In this document: piece by piece, positions 40,342 to 50,061 of the stretch | Layout of the letters: each line of letters starts with the position of its first letter | Numbering within the stretch: position 1 is the first letter of the stretch | Assembly: GCA_018335585.1 (NCBI GenBank) | Contig: JAGXRZ010000053.1 | Coordinates: 25,189 to 89,188 of the forward strand | From: Selenomonadales bacterium | GTDB taxonomy: Bacteria; Bacillota; UBA994 | Length of the DNA: 64,000 bases | Reading direction: 5' to 3' | Translations under genes and position numbers: made by a program | Notes under the pieces: model-generated | What the model was told of the DNA's origin: nothing | Database searches by the model: none | Seen by the model: the letters and a program-made list of their open reading frames with translations, nothing else

Positions 40342-40371
40342 GAAGCAAAAAGCTCCGTCCCTTTTGCTTCA
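40342..40371. repeat. 34-bp hairpin repeat copy 3
   Basis: agcgaagcaaaaagctccgtcccttttgcttcac, located between the ABC gene and spoIIID. Confidence 0.85.
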
Positions 40372-40432
40372 CATATACCTGCTTCCAGCTCATATATGTT
40401 AAGTGAAGTAGTGAGCTACGGGGGGCGGGAGC

Positions 40433-40687
40433 GTGAATGACCACATCTACGAGCGGGTAGTGGAAATTGCACGGTACGTGGCAGCCACTAAGGCTACCGT
40501 GCGGGCTGCGGCCGACCATTTTGATGTTTCTAAGTCGACCGTACATAAGGACCTGACAGACAGGCTAAAAGCCATTAACACCGGCTTGTATGAAGAAGTG
40601 GCGGAAGTATTAAAGTTTAATAAGGCCACCCGGCATCTGCGCGGTGGCGACGCAACTCGCCGCAAATACGAGCGCGGCAACGCATAA
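40433..40687 (+). CDS. spoIIID: Stage III sporulation protein D (mother-cell DNA-binding regulator)
   Basis: MNDHIYERVVEIARYVAATKATVRAAADHFDVSKSTVHKDLTDRL...RHLRGGDATRRKYE is collinear with B. subtilis SpoIIID. Confidence 0.9.
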   Translation: MNDHIYERVVEIARYVAATKATVRAAADHFDVSKSTVHKDLTDRLKAINTGLYEEVAEVLKFNKATRHLRGGDATRRKYERGNA

Positions 40688-40753
40688 ACGCGCAGGAGAA
40701 TCCCCCTGCTTAGTAGAACTAACCCCTTTGACAGATGGCAAGGGGGTTTTCGT

Positions 40754-41782
40754 GTGTGGTTTAGGGGCAAAGACATCGGCATTGACCTAGGGACAGCAAC
40801 GGTACTGGTTTATGTGCGTGGGAAGGGCATAGTACTTAATGAGCCCGCTGTCGTCGCGATTGAGCGCACGACCAACAGAGTTTTGGCCATTGGCGAAGAA
40901 GCGCGCAAGATGATTGGGCGCACGCCTGGGCATATCACGGCGGTGCGGCCGCTGCGCGAAGGTGTGATTGCTGACTTTGACATCACAGAGAAAATGCTAA
41001 AACACTTTATCCTCAAGGTGTGCGGGGCGAACCCCCTGTTTAAGCCACGCGTAGTCGTGTGCGTTCCTTCCAGTATCACTAGCGTAGAAAAGAGGGCAGT
41101 CGAGGACGCGGCTACTAACGCCGGCGCTAAGGAGTGCTACTTAATCGAAGAGCCGGTGGCGGCAGCGCTAGGAGCCGGCATAGACATATGGAAGCCGCAC
41201 GGGAGCATGGTGCTAGATATCGGCGGCGGCACGACTGATGTGGCAGTTATGTCTCTAGGCGGCGTGGTCATCAGCGACTCCGTGCGCATAGGCGGCGATA
41301 AGTTCGACGAGGCCATGGTGCGCTATGTCAAGAAGCGCTACAACCTCTTAATTGGCGAGCGTACCGCCGAAGAGATTAAGATTAACGTCGGCACGGTCTT
41401 CCCTACGGGCCGCAACGCCAGCATGGAAGTGCGGGGGCGCGACCTTGTTTCGGGGCTACCTGCTTCTGTAACCCTGACTTCACTGGAGTGCTTAGAGGCC
41501 TTTGCCGAGCCTACCAACAACATTGTGGCCTTAGTGCGCACAGTGCTCGAGCGTTGCCCGCCTGAACTTGCCGCCGACATTGTGGACAAGGGGATTATTA
41601 TGACAGGTGGCGGCTCGCTCCTAGACGGCCTAGACAGACTTATCGCCGAAGTTACGCAGGTGCCCTGCAACGTCGCCGATGACCCGGTCTCTTGCGTAGC
41701 GCATGGCACAGGCAAAGCCTTAGAGAACCTCGATGTTCTGCGCGGTGCCGTCAGCGCTTCTCACCGCGACTTGCGGAGGTAA
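40754..41782 (+). CDS. mreB: Rod-shape-determining actin homologue MreB/Mbl
   Basis: [15 protein letters not shown] phosphate-1 motif; 342 aa; follows spoIIID as mbl does in Bacillus. Confidence 0.9.
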   Translation: MWFRGKDIGIDLGTATVLVYVRGKGIVLNEPAVVAIERTTNRVLAIGEEARKMIGRTPGHITAVRPLREGVIADFDITEKMLKHFILKVCGANPLFKPRVVVCVPSSITSVEKRAVEDAATNAGAKECYLIEEPVAAALGAGIDIWKPHGSMVLDIGGGTTDVAVMSLGGVVISDSVRIGGDKFDEAMVRYVKKRYNLLIGERTAEEIKINVGTVFPTGRNASMEVRGRDLVSGLPASVTLTSLECLEAFAEPTNNIVALVRTVLERCPPELAADIVDKGIIMTGGGSLLDGLDRLIAEVTQVPCNVADDPVSCVAHGTGKALENLDVLRGAVSASHRDLRR

Positions 41783-41787
41783 TAATC

Positions 41788-42246
41788 ATGGACAAACCAC
41801 TGGGTGCGCGCGAGATAATGGAGATAATACCGCATCGCTATCCTTTCCTCTTAGTTGACAGTATCGAATACGTAGTGCCGGGCGAGCGGGCCGTGGGCTA
41901 CAAGAACGTTACCGCTAACGAGCCCTACTTCGCGGGGCACTTCCCAAACTACCCGGTCATGCCTGGAGTACTAATAGTCGAGGCCTTAGCCCAAGTCGGG
42001 GCTGTAGCTCTGCTGTCTTTGCCCGAGAATAAGGGACGCCTAGCGTTTTTTGCCGGCATCGACGGCGTGCGCTTTCGTCGCCAAGTCTTCCCCGGCGACC
42101 GTTTGCGCTTAGAAGTGAGCATCTCATCTATGAAAATGGGTATCGGCAAGGGGGACGCAAAAGCCTACGTCGGCGAGGAGTTGGCCGTCAGCGGACAGCT
42201 GATGTTTGCCCTGGCAAAGGAGGAGTCGTCATCCGCAGAATCTTAA
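41788..42246 (+). CDS. fabZ: 3-hydroxyacyl-ACP dehydratase
   Basis: [26 protein letters not shown]...FAGHFP hot-dog motifs. The ORF-track entry 41692..42246 is extended at the N-terminus. Confidence 0.9.
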   Translation: MDKPLGAREIMEIIPHRYPFLLVDSIEYVVPGERAVGYKNVTANEPYFAGHFPNYPVMPGVLIVEALAQVGAVALLSLPENKGRLAFFAGIDGVRFRRQVFPGDRLRLEVSISSMKMGIGKGDAKAYVGEELAVSGQLMFALAKEESSSAES

Positions 42247-42929
42247 TTGTCGACGATGAGGAGAACATTCGTTCCGGCCTCAGTTATGCCCTCAAGCGTG
42301 AAGGCTTCGAGGTTTTTGCGGCCGACAACGGTTCGGAAGCCGTAAGGCTTGCGCTTTCGGTTGCTCCGGACGTAATTCTGCTTGACCGCATGCTACCGGG
42401 GCTAGACGGTGTAGAAGTATGCCGTCAGATTAGAGCGCAAAGCAGCGTGCCCATCATCATGGTTACGGCGCGCGACAGCGAGCTCGACACGGTAGTCGGT
42501 CTCGAAGTAGGCGCCGACGACTACATAACCAAGCCCTTCTCGCTCAACATTCTGCTGGCGCGCATCAGAGCGGTGTTGCGCCGCGTAGAGGCAAAGACGT
42601 CTCGCGAGTCTGCAACTGAGGTTGGCATCAGCTACGGGCCATTCACCTTGTATCCCGAAAAGTATGTCGCGCTGTGCGAGGGGGTGGACCTAGAACTAAC
42701 CCCTAAGCTGTTCGAGCTGTTTCTCTTGCTGGCTAAGAGCCCGGGTCGCGTATTTACGCGCGATTTTCTCTTGGAGCGAGTCTGGGGCATCGATTATGCC
42801 GGGGAGACCCGTACGGTCGATGTGCACATCACTTGGTTGCGCAAAAAGCTAGAGCAGGACCCCAGCGAGCCGCGCTACCTCCTAACTGTGCGCGGCGTGG
42901 GCTACAAGTTAGCTGAGCTCCATGCCTAA
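42231..42929 (+). CDS. phoP: OmpR-family response regulator (PhoP/PhoB-type), start codon uncertain
   Basis: (R)[15 protein letters not shown] receiver domain and winged helix. There is no in-frame ATG/GTG/TTG between the stop at 42117 and the conserved N-terminus; a strong SD AAGGAGGAG lies 7 nt before ATC 42231. Confidence 0.7.
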   Translation: MRRILIVDDEENIRSGLSYALKREGFEVFAADNGSEAVRLALSVAPDVILLDRMLPGLDGVEVCRQIRAQSSVPIIMVTARDSELDTVVGLEVGADDYITKPFSLNILLARIRAVLRRVEAKTSRESATEVGISYGPFTLYPEKYVALCEGVDLELTPKLFELFLLLAKSPGRVFTRDFLLERVWGIDYAGETRTVDVHITWLRKKLEQDPSEPRYLLTVRGVGYKLAELHA

Positions 42930-44631
42930 GACCTTGGCCGGGCAGTGGGTATTGCTTACGCTGGTAATCCTCACTGTTTCGCTTGCCTTTATGGGCAGTT
43001 GGCAGTTAGCACAGTATCGCCAGCTTGTTATTGGCCGTGTAACCGAGGATTTAACACGACAGGCCTATCTGGCCGAGCAGATAGTGCGAGCGGGTGCCGC
43101 CGCAACCGAGGCACAAGTCCTGGCCATGCAGGTGCGCGCCGCCACGGCAGCGGAAGTGGCACTCATCTCACCCACGGGGCTTGTACTAGCCGACACTAGG
43201 CGGGCGCCGCATACGCTTGGAAACCAGCTAGACAGACCGGAGGTAGCCCAAGCTCTCAAGGACGGCGTCGGCGTTGATACGCGTGCCGACGAGCTACACG
43301 TGGCAGTTTTATCGCGCTTCGCGGACGGCACCCCCAAAAAGATAGTTCGCCTGTCGCTCGGCCTACACGAGGTAGATGCCGCATTGGCACGCGTGCGCCT
43401 GCAAGTGACGGCGTGGGGCATCTTGGTCATCTTGCTCGTCACTGTAGTATCTATGGCCTATGTCGGAAACATCGGCGAGCTCTTGCGCGGCATGACAGCA
43501 GTCGCCGGACGCATTGCCCGCGGACAGACCTCGGAGCGCGCGTCAGCGGAAGGGCCGGAGGAGACAAGCGACCTGGCACGCTCGCTTAATGCCATGGCCG
43601 ACAGCCTGCAGCTAGAACTGCAACATGTGCAGATGTCTGCCGAGCGCTTAGGCGTGGTGCTCGGCTCAACGCGTGACGGCGTAGTGCTTATCGACAAGCA
43701 AGAGAACATCGAGCTACTTAACGCCGCCGCCGAGGCTATGCTCGGGTTTAAGGCAGCCGCTGCCGTGGGGACGCGCGACTCTCTGCTCGAGCGGTACCCA
43801 GACCTCGCCTCGCTCCTCAGGCAGGCGCGCCGGGATCGCATCGCCGTAAACCGGCGCGTGTCGCTTAGCGGCACGGGTGCCGGCGTAGTGCGCGCCGCAG
43901 TAGTGCCGCTCGTATCCGGGCGTATTCTCATCACGCTGCAGGATTTGACCGAGGTGTACCGCGCGGTAGACGTGCGGCGCGATTTTGTGGCTAATGTCTC
44001 GCACGAGTTGCGCACGCCGCTTACGGCCCTAGCGATTATGGTCGAAAATCTCCTGCGCGGGGCAATCGACGAGCGGGAAGTAGCAGTGGATTTTTTGCGG
44101 CGTATGGCAGGGGAAATAGACCGGCTCACGAAAATGGTAGTTGAGCTCTTATTGCTTTCGCGCCTTGAGAACGAACGCGAGCAGTTAATTAAGAGCGAGT
44201 TTCAGGTAAGCGAGTTAATCGCAGAAGTTATTGAAGACCTGCGCGGGCTCTTTGCAGGCAAAGAGCAGCGCATAAAGCATGTCGCGCGGCCAACCGTAGT
44301 CCACGCCGACCGGGCAAAGCTTAAGCAGGTGTTTATTAATCTGCTGGACAACGCCATAAAGTTTTCTCCCGCCGGAAGCGCAATTACGGTAGAGGTAGAA
44401 GAGCTGGCCTCCGGCGTGAAAGTGGCGGTTAAGGACGAAGGTCCGGGCATTCCCGTGGAGCATCTGCCGCGCGTCTACGAGCGCTTCTTTAAGGGGTCCG
44501 CGGCGCGGGGCGGGGGCACCGGGCTTGGCTTAGCCATCGTCAAACACATCATAGAAGCCCACGGTGGGACAGTGGCGGTAGAGAGCAAGACCGTCGGGGG
44601 AGCGACGTTTGTTTTTGTCTTGCCTTTTTAA
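42922..44631 (+). CDS. phoR: PhoR-type sensor histidine kinase (TM-HAMP-PAS-HisKA-HATPase)
   Basis: H-box VSHELRTPLT; PAS region; ATPase G-boxes; immediately upstream of pstSCAB-phoU. Confidence 0.85.
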   Translation: MPKTLAGQWVLLTLVILTVSLAFMGSWQLAQYRQLVIGRVTEDLTRQAYLAEQIVRAGAAATEAQVLAMQVRAATAAEVALISPTGLVLADTRRAPHTLGNQLDRPEVAQALKDGVGVDTRADELHVAVLSRFADGTPKKIVRLSLGLHEVDAALARVRLQVTAWGILVILLVTVVSMAYVGNIGELLRGMTAVAGRIARGQTSERASAEGPEETSDLARSLNAMADSLQLELQHVQMSAERLGVVLGSTRDGVVLIDKQENIELLNAAAEAMLGFKAAAAVGTRDSLLERYPDLASLLRQARRDRIAVNRRVSLSGTGAGVVRAAVVPLVSGRILITLQDLTEVYRAVDVRRDFVANVSHELRTPLTALAIMVENLLRGAIDEREVAVDFLRRMAGEIDRLTKMVVELLLLSRLENEREQLIKSEFQVSELIAEVIEDLRGLFAGKEQRIKHVARPTVVHADRAKLKQVFINLLDNAIKFSPAGSAITVEVEELASGVKVAVKDEGPGIPVEHLPRVYERFFKGSAARGGGTGLGLAIVKHIIEAHGGTVAVESKTVGGATFVFVLPF

Positions 44632-44666
44632 CATTGTTTTAACACTATCTTGTCCTTATCTTAGTG
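44627..44666 (+). promoter_or_regulatory. Pho box: four TT(T/A)ACA-like direct repeats with 11-bp periodicity upstream of pstS
   Basis: TTTAACAttgtTTTAACActatcTTGTCCttatcTTAGTG. Confidence 0.55.
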
Positions 44667-44723
44667 TGCGCGCAGTATGCTTCCCCCTGTGCGCATTAAC
44701 AAATAGGCACGAGGAGGATTACC

Positions 44724-45554
44724 GTGAAGAAGCTTCTATTAGTAGTTTTGGCGTTCGCTGTTGCTTTGGTTGCCATAGGCTGTCAGCGCGAAAAGACCGT
44801 AATCGACGTTAACGGCTCCGACACCATGGTAAATATGGGGGCAGCGCTAGCCGAAGAGTTTATGAAGGCTAACCGCAACGTCGAAGTTGTAGTCTCCGGC
44901 GGTGGTTCCGGTACCGGTATTGCAGCCCTAATCGACGGCAAAGCCGACATTGCGCAGTCTTCGCGCGATATTAGGGAGAGCGAACGTACCAAGGCGCAAG
45001 CGCGCGGCACACTGCACGAGATTATCGTAGCCTGGGACGGTTTGGCGATTGCCGTACACCCCTCTAACCCGGTCAAAGAGCTAACCATGGGCCAGTTGGC
45101 AGCAATTTATAAAGGCGAAATCACCAACTGGAAGCAGGTTGGCGGCAACGATGCAGCCATCGTCCTGTTATCACGTGATACTACGTCCGGTACACACGTC
45201 TTCTTTAAGGAATTTGTGCTTGATAAGGCCGAGTTTGCTCCCGCCACGATGATGATGCCTTCTACCGAGGCCATCGTGCAGGAATTAGCGCAAAACCAAA
45301 ACGCTATCGGCTACATTGGGCTTGGCTATGTTCGCCCAACCGTCTCAATTCTTGGCATTAAGGCGGACGAGGCCTCCCCGGCAGTAGTAGCTTCGATTGA
45401 AGCCGTGCTGGATCGCTCGTACACCTTAGCTCGCCCCCTGTTCTTCTACGTCATCGGCGATATCACCGGCGACCTCAAAAAGTTCATCGACTTTGTAGTC
45501 GGCGCTGACGGGCAAAAAATCGTGCGCGACTTAGGCTTCGTGCCGGTTAACTAA
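44724..45554 (+). CDS. pstS: Phosphate ABC transporter substrate-binding lipoprotein
   Basis: Lipoprotein signal sequence; PBP-like fold; SD GAGGAGG. Confidence 0.9.
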   Translation: MKKLLLVVLAFAVALVAIGCQREKTVIDVNGSDTMVNMGAALAEEFMKANRNVEVVVSGGGSGTGIAALIDGKADIAQSSRDIRESERTKAQARGTLHEIIVAWDGLAIAVHPSNPVKELTMGQLAAIYKGEITNWKQVGGNDAAIVLLSRDTTSGTHVFFKEFVLDKAEFAPATMMMPSTEAIVQELAQNQNAIGYIGLGYVRPTVSILGIKADEASPAVVASIEAVLDRSYTLARPLFFYVIGDITGDLKKFIDFVVGADGQKIVRDLGFVPVN

Positions 45555-45577
45555 AGCAATATCTAGGAGGGTCGGCT

Positions 45578-46435
45578 GTGCCGTACCAACAGAAGCTAGT
45601 CACCTTGGCGGGATACACTGTCCTGCTCTTGACCGCCGCGATATTTCTGTTCGTTGCGGCACAGGCGTGGCCGTTCTTTCGGGAACAGGTTGATCTCAGT
45701 TTCTTTACTGGAGACCGGTGGTTACCGGTCTCCACTCCGCCTTCTTTTCAGATTCGCGGCTTTCTTGTCAGCTCGCTGATGATTACGTCCATGGCCATCG
45801 TAGTCGGTTGCCCGATTGGCATTCTCTCGGCCGTAAGTCTAGCCGAGCTACTGCCGCGCCACGTTAGCGTGCTCTTGCGCTCCGTGTTCGAAATGACGGC
45901 CGGCATCCCTTCGGTAGTATGGGGATTTTTAGGGCTGACAGTGATTGCGCCGTTCGTGGCACGTGTCTTTAACTTGAACACGGGGCTAACCGGGTTTTCG
46001 GCCGGACTGGTCTTGAGCATAATGGTCTTGCCCACCTTGGTTAGCCTTGCGGACGAGGCGCTGCGGGCCGTGCCCCGCGAGTATGCCGAAGCGTCCTACG
46101 CTTTGGGCGCAACGCGTTGGCAGACCATTTGGCGCGTTATTGTCCCCGCTGCGCGGAGCGGCATTATCGCGGCCGTGTTACTGGCCATGGGGCGAGCCAT
46201 CGGTGAAACGATGACCGTCCTGATGGTCGCCGGGGGAAGGCTCACGACGCCGGGCAGCATCTTCGAGCCGATGCGCCCGATAACAGCCCTTATTGCCGCC
46301 GAGGTCACTAATGCGGCGCGCCACAGCGAGCAGTACCACGCCCTCTTTGCCGCCGGGCTCGTGCTGTTTGCCATCACCCTTGCGGTTAACGCCATTGCCG
46401 CCGCAGTAATCGTCGGCAGGAAGGGAGCGGCTTAA
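45578..46435 (+). CDS. pstC: Phosphate ABC transporter permease PstC
   Basis: EAA-loop permease motif ([13 protein letters not shown]). Confidence 0.9.
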   Translation: MPYQQKLVTLAGYTVLLLTAAIFLFVAAQAWPFFREQVDLSFFTGDRWLPVSTPPSFQIRGFLVSSLMITSMAIVVGCPIGILSAVSLAELLPRHVSVLLRSVFEMTAGIPSVVWGFLGLTVIAPFVARVFNLNTGLTGFSAGLVLSIMVLPTLVSLADEALRAVPREYAEASYALGATRWQTIWRVIVPAARSGIIAAVLLAMGRAIGETMTVLMVAGGRLTTPGSIFEPMRPITALIAAEVTNAARHSEQYHALFAAGLVLFAITLAVNAIAAAVIVGRKGAA

Positions 46436-46436
46436 G

Positions 46437-47276
46437 ATGCGGCAAGCATACACCCTGCCAGAGCTGTTCCTACTTGGCGCCCTAGGCTTAGCGCTCTTGC
46501 CACCCCTAGCGGCAGTGCTCTACATCTTCATCCGCGCTGCCGGCGGCATTTCGCTGGAGTTTATCTTTGCTATGCCTGCACAGCGCGGCATTACCGGGGG
46601 CATACTGCCGGCGATAGTTGGGACATTGTGGCTGCTCTTTGGGACGACGCTCATCGTGTTACCCGTCGGCGTAGGGGCTGGCGTTTACCTTGCGGAGTTT
46701 GCGCCACGCAACCGCCTCACGAACCTGCTGGAAATGGCCCTCATCAACCTCGCGGGCGTGCCTTCGGTCGTGTTTGGCTTGTTTGGCTATGCGCTCTTTG
46801 TGCTTATCCTAGGCTTCGGCTCGTCGCTCTTGTCGGCCTCCCTTACCTTATCTGCGCTTACGCTTCCCTTGGTCGTAACCGCAACGCGTGAAGCGCTGCA
46901 CGGCGTGCCGGGGTCGTTTCGCGAAGCGTCCCTAGCGTTAGGAGCCACCCGCTGGCAGGCTGTGTCGACTGTGACCCTACCTTGCGCCCGAAGCGGTATC
47001 CTTACGGGAACATTGCTGGCTTTGTCGCGCGCTGCGGGCGATACCGCCACTATATTGATTACCGGCGCGGCGTTCTTTTTGCCACGGCTCCCTACTTCGT
47101 TCACGAGCCGATTTATGGCGTTGCCCTATCACCTGTACATTTCGGCGACCCAGCTTCCCGGTATGCCGCCCGAGCGCATCTGGGCCACGGCCGGGGTATT
47201 GTTATCCATAGTGCTGATTATGCAGGTTAGTGCGACCCTGTGGCGGGAGAGGGAAAGGAGACTTAAGAAGTGGTAG
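46437..47276 (+). CDS. pstA: Phosphate ABC transporter permease PstA
   Basis: [13 protein letters not shown]. Confidence 0.9.
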   Translation: MRQAYTLPELFLLGALGLALLPPLAAVLYIFIRAAGGISLEFIFAMPAQRGITGGILPAIVGTLWLLFGTTLIVLPVGVGAGVYLAEFAPRNRLTNLLEMALINLAGVPSVVFGLFGYALFVLILGFGSSLLSASLTLSALTLPLVVTATREALHGVPGSFREASLALGATRWQAVSTVTLPCARSGILTGTLLALSRAAGDTATILITGAAFFLPRLPTSFTSRFMALPYHLYISATQLPGMPPERIWATAGVLLSIVLIMQVSATLWRERERRLKKW

Positions 47277-47281
47277 AGAAC

Positions 47282-48034
47282 ATGCATAAAGTTAGTCTTA
47301 AGGACGTATCGATTTTCTACGGCAAGCTGCATGTCGTAAAGCACGTGTCAGCCGATTTTCCCGAGAAGGAAATCACAGCAATTATTGGGCCTTCCGGCTC
47401 CGGCAAATCCACACTTTTGCGCTCGCTTAATCGCATGAATGACCACATCAGCGGCATGCGCATCACGGGCGAAGCCATAATTGACGGCCAGAATATTTAT
47501 GCTAACGGGGTAGACGTCGTGGCGCTGCGCCGCAAAGTAGGCATGGTGTTTCAGCGTCCGAATCCCTTTCCTAAGAGCATCTACGAGAATGTGGCCTACG
47601 GACCTAAGCTGCAGGGCTTGCGCAGTAAGGCCGATCTCGATATTATAGTTGAAAACTCTTTGCGCCAAGCTGCACTCTGGGAAGAAGTCAAAGACAGGCT
47701 GCATGTCTCCGGCTTTGACCTCTCCGGCGGCCAGCAACAGCGCCTGTGTATTGCCAGGTCGCTTGCCGTAGGGCCCGAAATTCTCCTTATGGATGAACCG
47801 GCTTCCGCGCTTGACCCTGCAGCTACCGCCAAGATTGAGGAGCTTATGCTTACGCTTAAGCGAACGCTCACAGTCATCGTAGTTACGCACAACATGCAGC
47901 AGGCGGCAAGAGTATCGGATCGCACGGCGTTTCTCCTAGGCGGGGAACTCGTAGAATATGATGCCACCAGGAAGATTTTTACTACACCACAAGATAGGCG
48001 CACCGACGATTACATCAGTGGGAAAATGGGATAG
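47282..48034 (+). CDS. pstB: Phosphate ABC transporter ATP-binding protein
   Basis: Walker [10 protein letters not shown]; signature LSGGQQQRL; Walker [12 protein letters not shown]. Confidence 0.9.
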   Translation: MHKVSLKDVSIFYGKLHVVKHVSADFPEKEITAIIGPSGSGKSTLLRSLNRMNDHISGMRITGEAIIDGQNIYANGVDVVALRRKVGMVFQRPNPFPKSIYENVAYGPKLQGLRSKADLDIIVENSLRQAALWEEVKDRLHVSGFDLSGGQQQRLCIARSLAVGPEILLMDEPASALDPAATAKIEELMLTLKRTLTVIVVTHNMQQAARVSDRTAFLLGGELVEYDATRKIFTTPQDRRTDDYISGKMG

Positions 48035-48046
48035 GGAGGTTCTGCC

Positions 48047-48697
48047 ATGCTACGTCAAAGTTTTCAAAAGGAGCTAGACGACCTCCATGCGCGGCTATTA
48101 GCCATGGGTGGGCGCATCGAGCAAATGCTGCATCTTGCCCTCGAGGCCCTGCGGACGGGCAATGAGCAGGCGGCTAACCAGGTCGAGGAAATGGAGCTTG
48201 TCATCGACGAGATGGCGGCCGAGATTGATGCGGTGGCTATCGAATTAATCGCCAAACAGCAGCCTGTCGGACAGGACCTCAGGCGCATTATTGGAGCTAT
48301 GCGCTTAGCTGTAGACATGGAGCGGGTCGCCGACATCTCGACTAACATTGTCGAGCAATCTCGCCTTTTGCCGCGGCCTCTCATTAAGCCGCTTATTGAT
48401 ATTCCTAAGATGGTAGACGTAGCCGCGGGTATGCTGCAGGACTCACTCAATGCCCTGATTAATTCGGACGTCAACCTCGCCATTGATGTCTGGAAACGCG
48501 ACGATATCGTCGACGAGCTATGCGATCGCATTATTGTCGAGTTGCGCGGGATGATGACCGCCGACGGCTCAATCGTGCCGAAAGCCTTGCCGCTCCTTAT
48601 TATTGCCATTCAAATCGAGCGCATTGCCGACCATGCTACAAACCTAGCGGAATCCGTTATGTTTATCGCTACCGGGAAGCGCGTAGTCACACTTTAA
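48047..48697 (+). CDS. phoU: Phosphate signalling modulator PhoU
   Basis: Two PhoU repeats (E/DxxxD motifs). Confidence 0.85.
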   Translation: MLRQSFQKELDDLHARLLAMGGRIEQMLHLALEALRTGNEQAANQVEEMELVIDEMAAEIDAVAIELIAKQQPVGQDLRRIIGAMRLAVDMERVADISTNIVEQSRLLPRPLIKPLIDIPKMVDVAAGMLQDSLNALINSDVNLAIDVWKRDDIVDELCDRIIVELRGMMTADGSIVPKALPLLIIAIQIERIADHATNLAESVMFIATGKRVVTL

Positions 48698-48739
48698 GTC
48701 TCAGATTTTGTTGCAGATTCTCTGCCTATAATGTAAGGT

Positions 48740-48790
48740 AGACGACGGGTAAAGCAAGCACCCGTCGTCTATTGTTTTTTTGCAGGATAG
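48740..48790 (+). terminator. Rho-independent terminator after phoU
   Basis: agacgacgggtaaagcaagcacccgtcgtct followed by attgttttttt. Confidence 0.7.
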
Positions 48791-48830
48791 GCCGGGCAGA
48801 AAGCGAATTAGAAACTAAGAGGTGTGTAAC

Positions 48831-49463
48831 ATGCCATACATCGTGGGTATAGCGGGCGGCACCGGTTCGGGAAAATCTACGTTGGCGGAGCGCATGATAA
48901 CCGGTTTTGTCGGGCAGGCGCTCCTGATCCGCCACGATAACTACTACCGTGACCAATCTCACCGTTCCATGGAAGAGCGCATTGTCCAGAACTACGACCA
49001 CCCGGAAGCATTTGAAGATACGCTGCTGACGGCGCACCTCAGCGCACTGCGCGAGGGCAGGTCGGTCTTTGGCCCGCTCTATGACTTTTCTACCCACACC
49101 CGCAGCGAAAAAAAGCAGCTGCTTGAGCCGCGTGACTTAATTGTGGTAGAAGGGATTTTGGCCTTGCACAATCCCGCCCTGCGTTCTCTCTATGACCTTA
49201 AGGTCTTCGTGGACACCGACGCGGATGTGCGCGTGTTGCGCAGATTAACGCGCGACATGATGGAACGCAGCCGCAGTATGGAGTCAGTAATCGACCAGTA
49301 TCTATCTACTGTTAAGCCCATGCATGAGCAGTACGTCGAACCCAGTAAGAGATATGCGGATGTAATTATCCCCGAGGGAGGCCTTAACCCCGCTGCGTTG
49401 GCGTTAATAGCTTCGCGGCTGCGTCACGCGCTAGAAGCAGCTGCCACCATGCGGGGTGATTAG
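48831..49463 (+). CDS. udk: Uridine kinase
   Basis: MPYIVGIAGGTGSGKSTL P-loop; SD AAGAGGTG. Confidence 0.85.
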   Translation: MPYIVGIAGGTGSGKSTLAERMITGFVGQALLIRHDNYYRDQSHRSMEERIVQNYDHPEAFEDTLLTAHLSALREGRSVFGPLYDFSTHTRSEKKQLLEPRDLIVVEGILALHNPALRSLYDLKVFVDTDADVRVLRRLTRDMMERSRSMESVIDQYLSTVKPMHEQYVEPSKRYADVIIPEGGLNPAALALIASRLRHALEAAATMRGD

Positions 49464-49497
49464 AGGGAAGCACAAGGATTAGACAGGGGGATGCAGC

Positions 49498-50061
49498 ATG
49501 AAAGGTTATCTCGAAGTAATCTGCGGCGGCATGTACAGCGGTAAGTCCAGTGAACTTATCCGCCGCGTCAATCGCGCTAAGTACGCGCGCAAGCAAGTGC
49601 AGCTCTTTAAGCCTACGCTTGACGGTCGCTACCACGCCACGCAGGTTGTCGCGCACGACAACCGCAACCACGCGGCCCAGGCAGTGGCCAACGCGGCGGA
49701 GATACTGGCACTGGTCGACGCTAGCACTGATGTAGTCGCAATTGACGAGATTCAGTTCTTCGCCGCAGACGAAACGGTTAAAGTCGTACACGAACTTATG
49801 TTGCGTGGGAAGAAGGTCATCGTCGCGGGGTTAGACCTAGACTTCGCGGGCAGACCCTTTGGGGCCATTCCGCACCTTTTGGCCGTAGCAGACGAAATCG
49901 ACAAGCTGCGCGCTATCTGCATTAAGTGCGGTAACAAGGCCTATATCAGTCAGCGTCTAGTTAACGGCGAGCCTGCCTCGCTGCGCGACCCACAAATCCA
50001 GGTCGGCGGAGTAGAGGCCTACGAAGCGCGCTGTCGGGCCTGCTGGGAAGTTAAGGACTGA
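49498..50061 (+). CDS. tdk: Thymidine kinase
   Basis: GGMYSGKSSELIRR P-loop; C-terminal zinc ribbon CxxC...CxxC. Confidence 0.9.
   Translation: MKGYLEVICGGMYSGKSSELIRRVNRAKYARKQVQLFKPTLDGRYHATQVVAHDNRNHAAQAVANAAEILALVDASTDVVAIDEIQFFAADETVKVVHELMLRGKKVIVAGLDLDFAGRPFGAIPHLLAVADEIDKLRAICIKCGNKAYISQRLVNGEPASLRDPQIQVGGVEAYEARCRACWEVKD

Noticed and set aside
42390-42929. ORF-track start of the response regulator at Met 42390
   Set aside because: That start would delete the phospho-acceptor half of the receiver domain. Conserved receiver sequence (ILIVDDEE...) continues upstream to ~42231.
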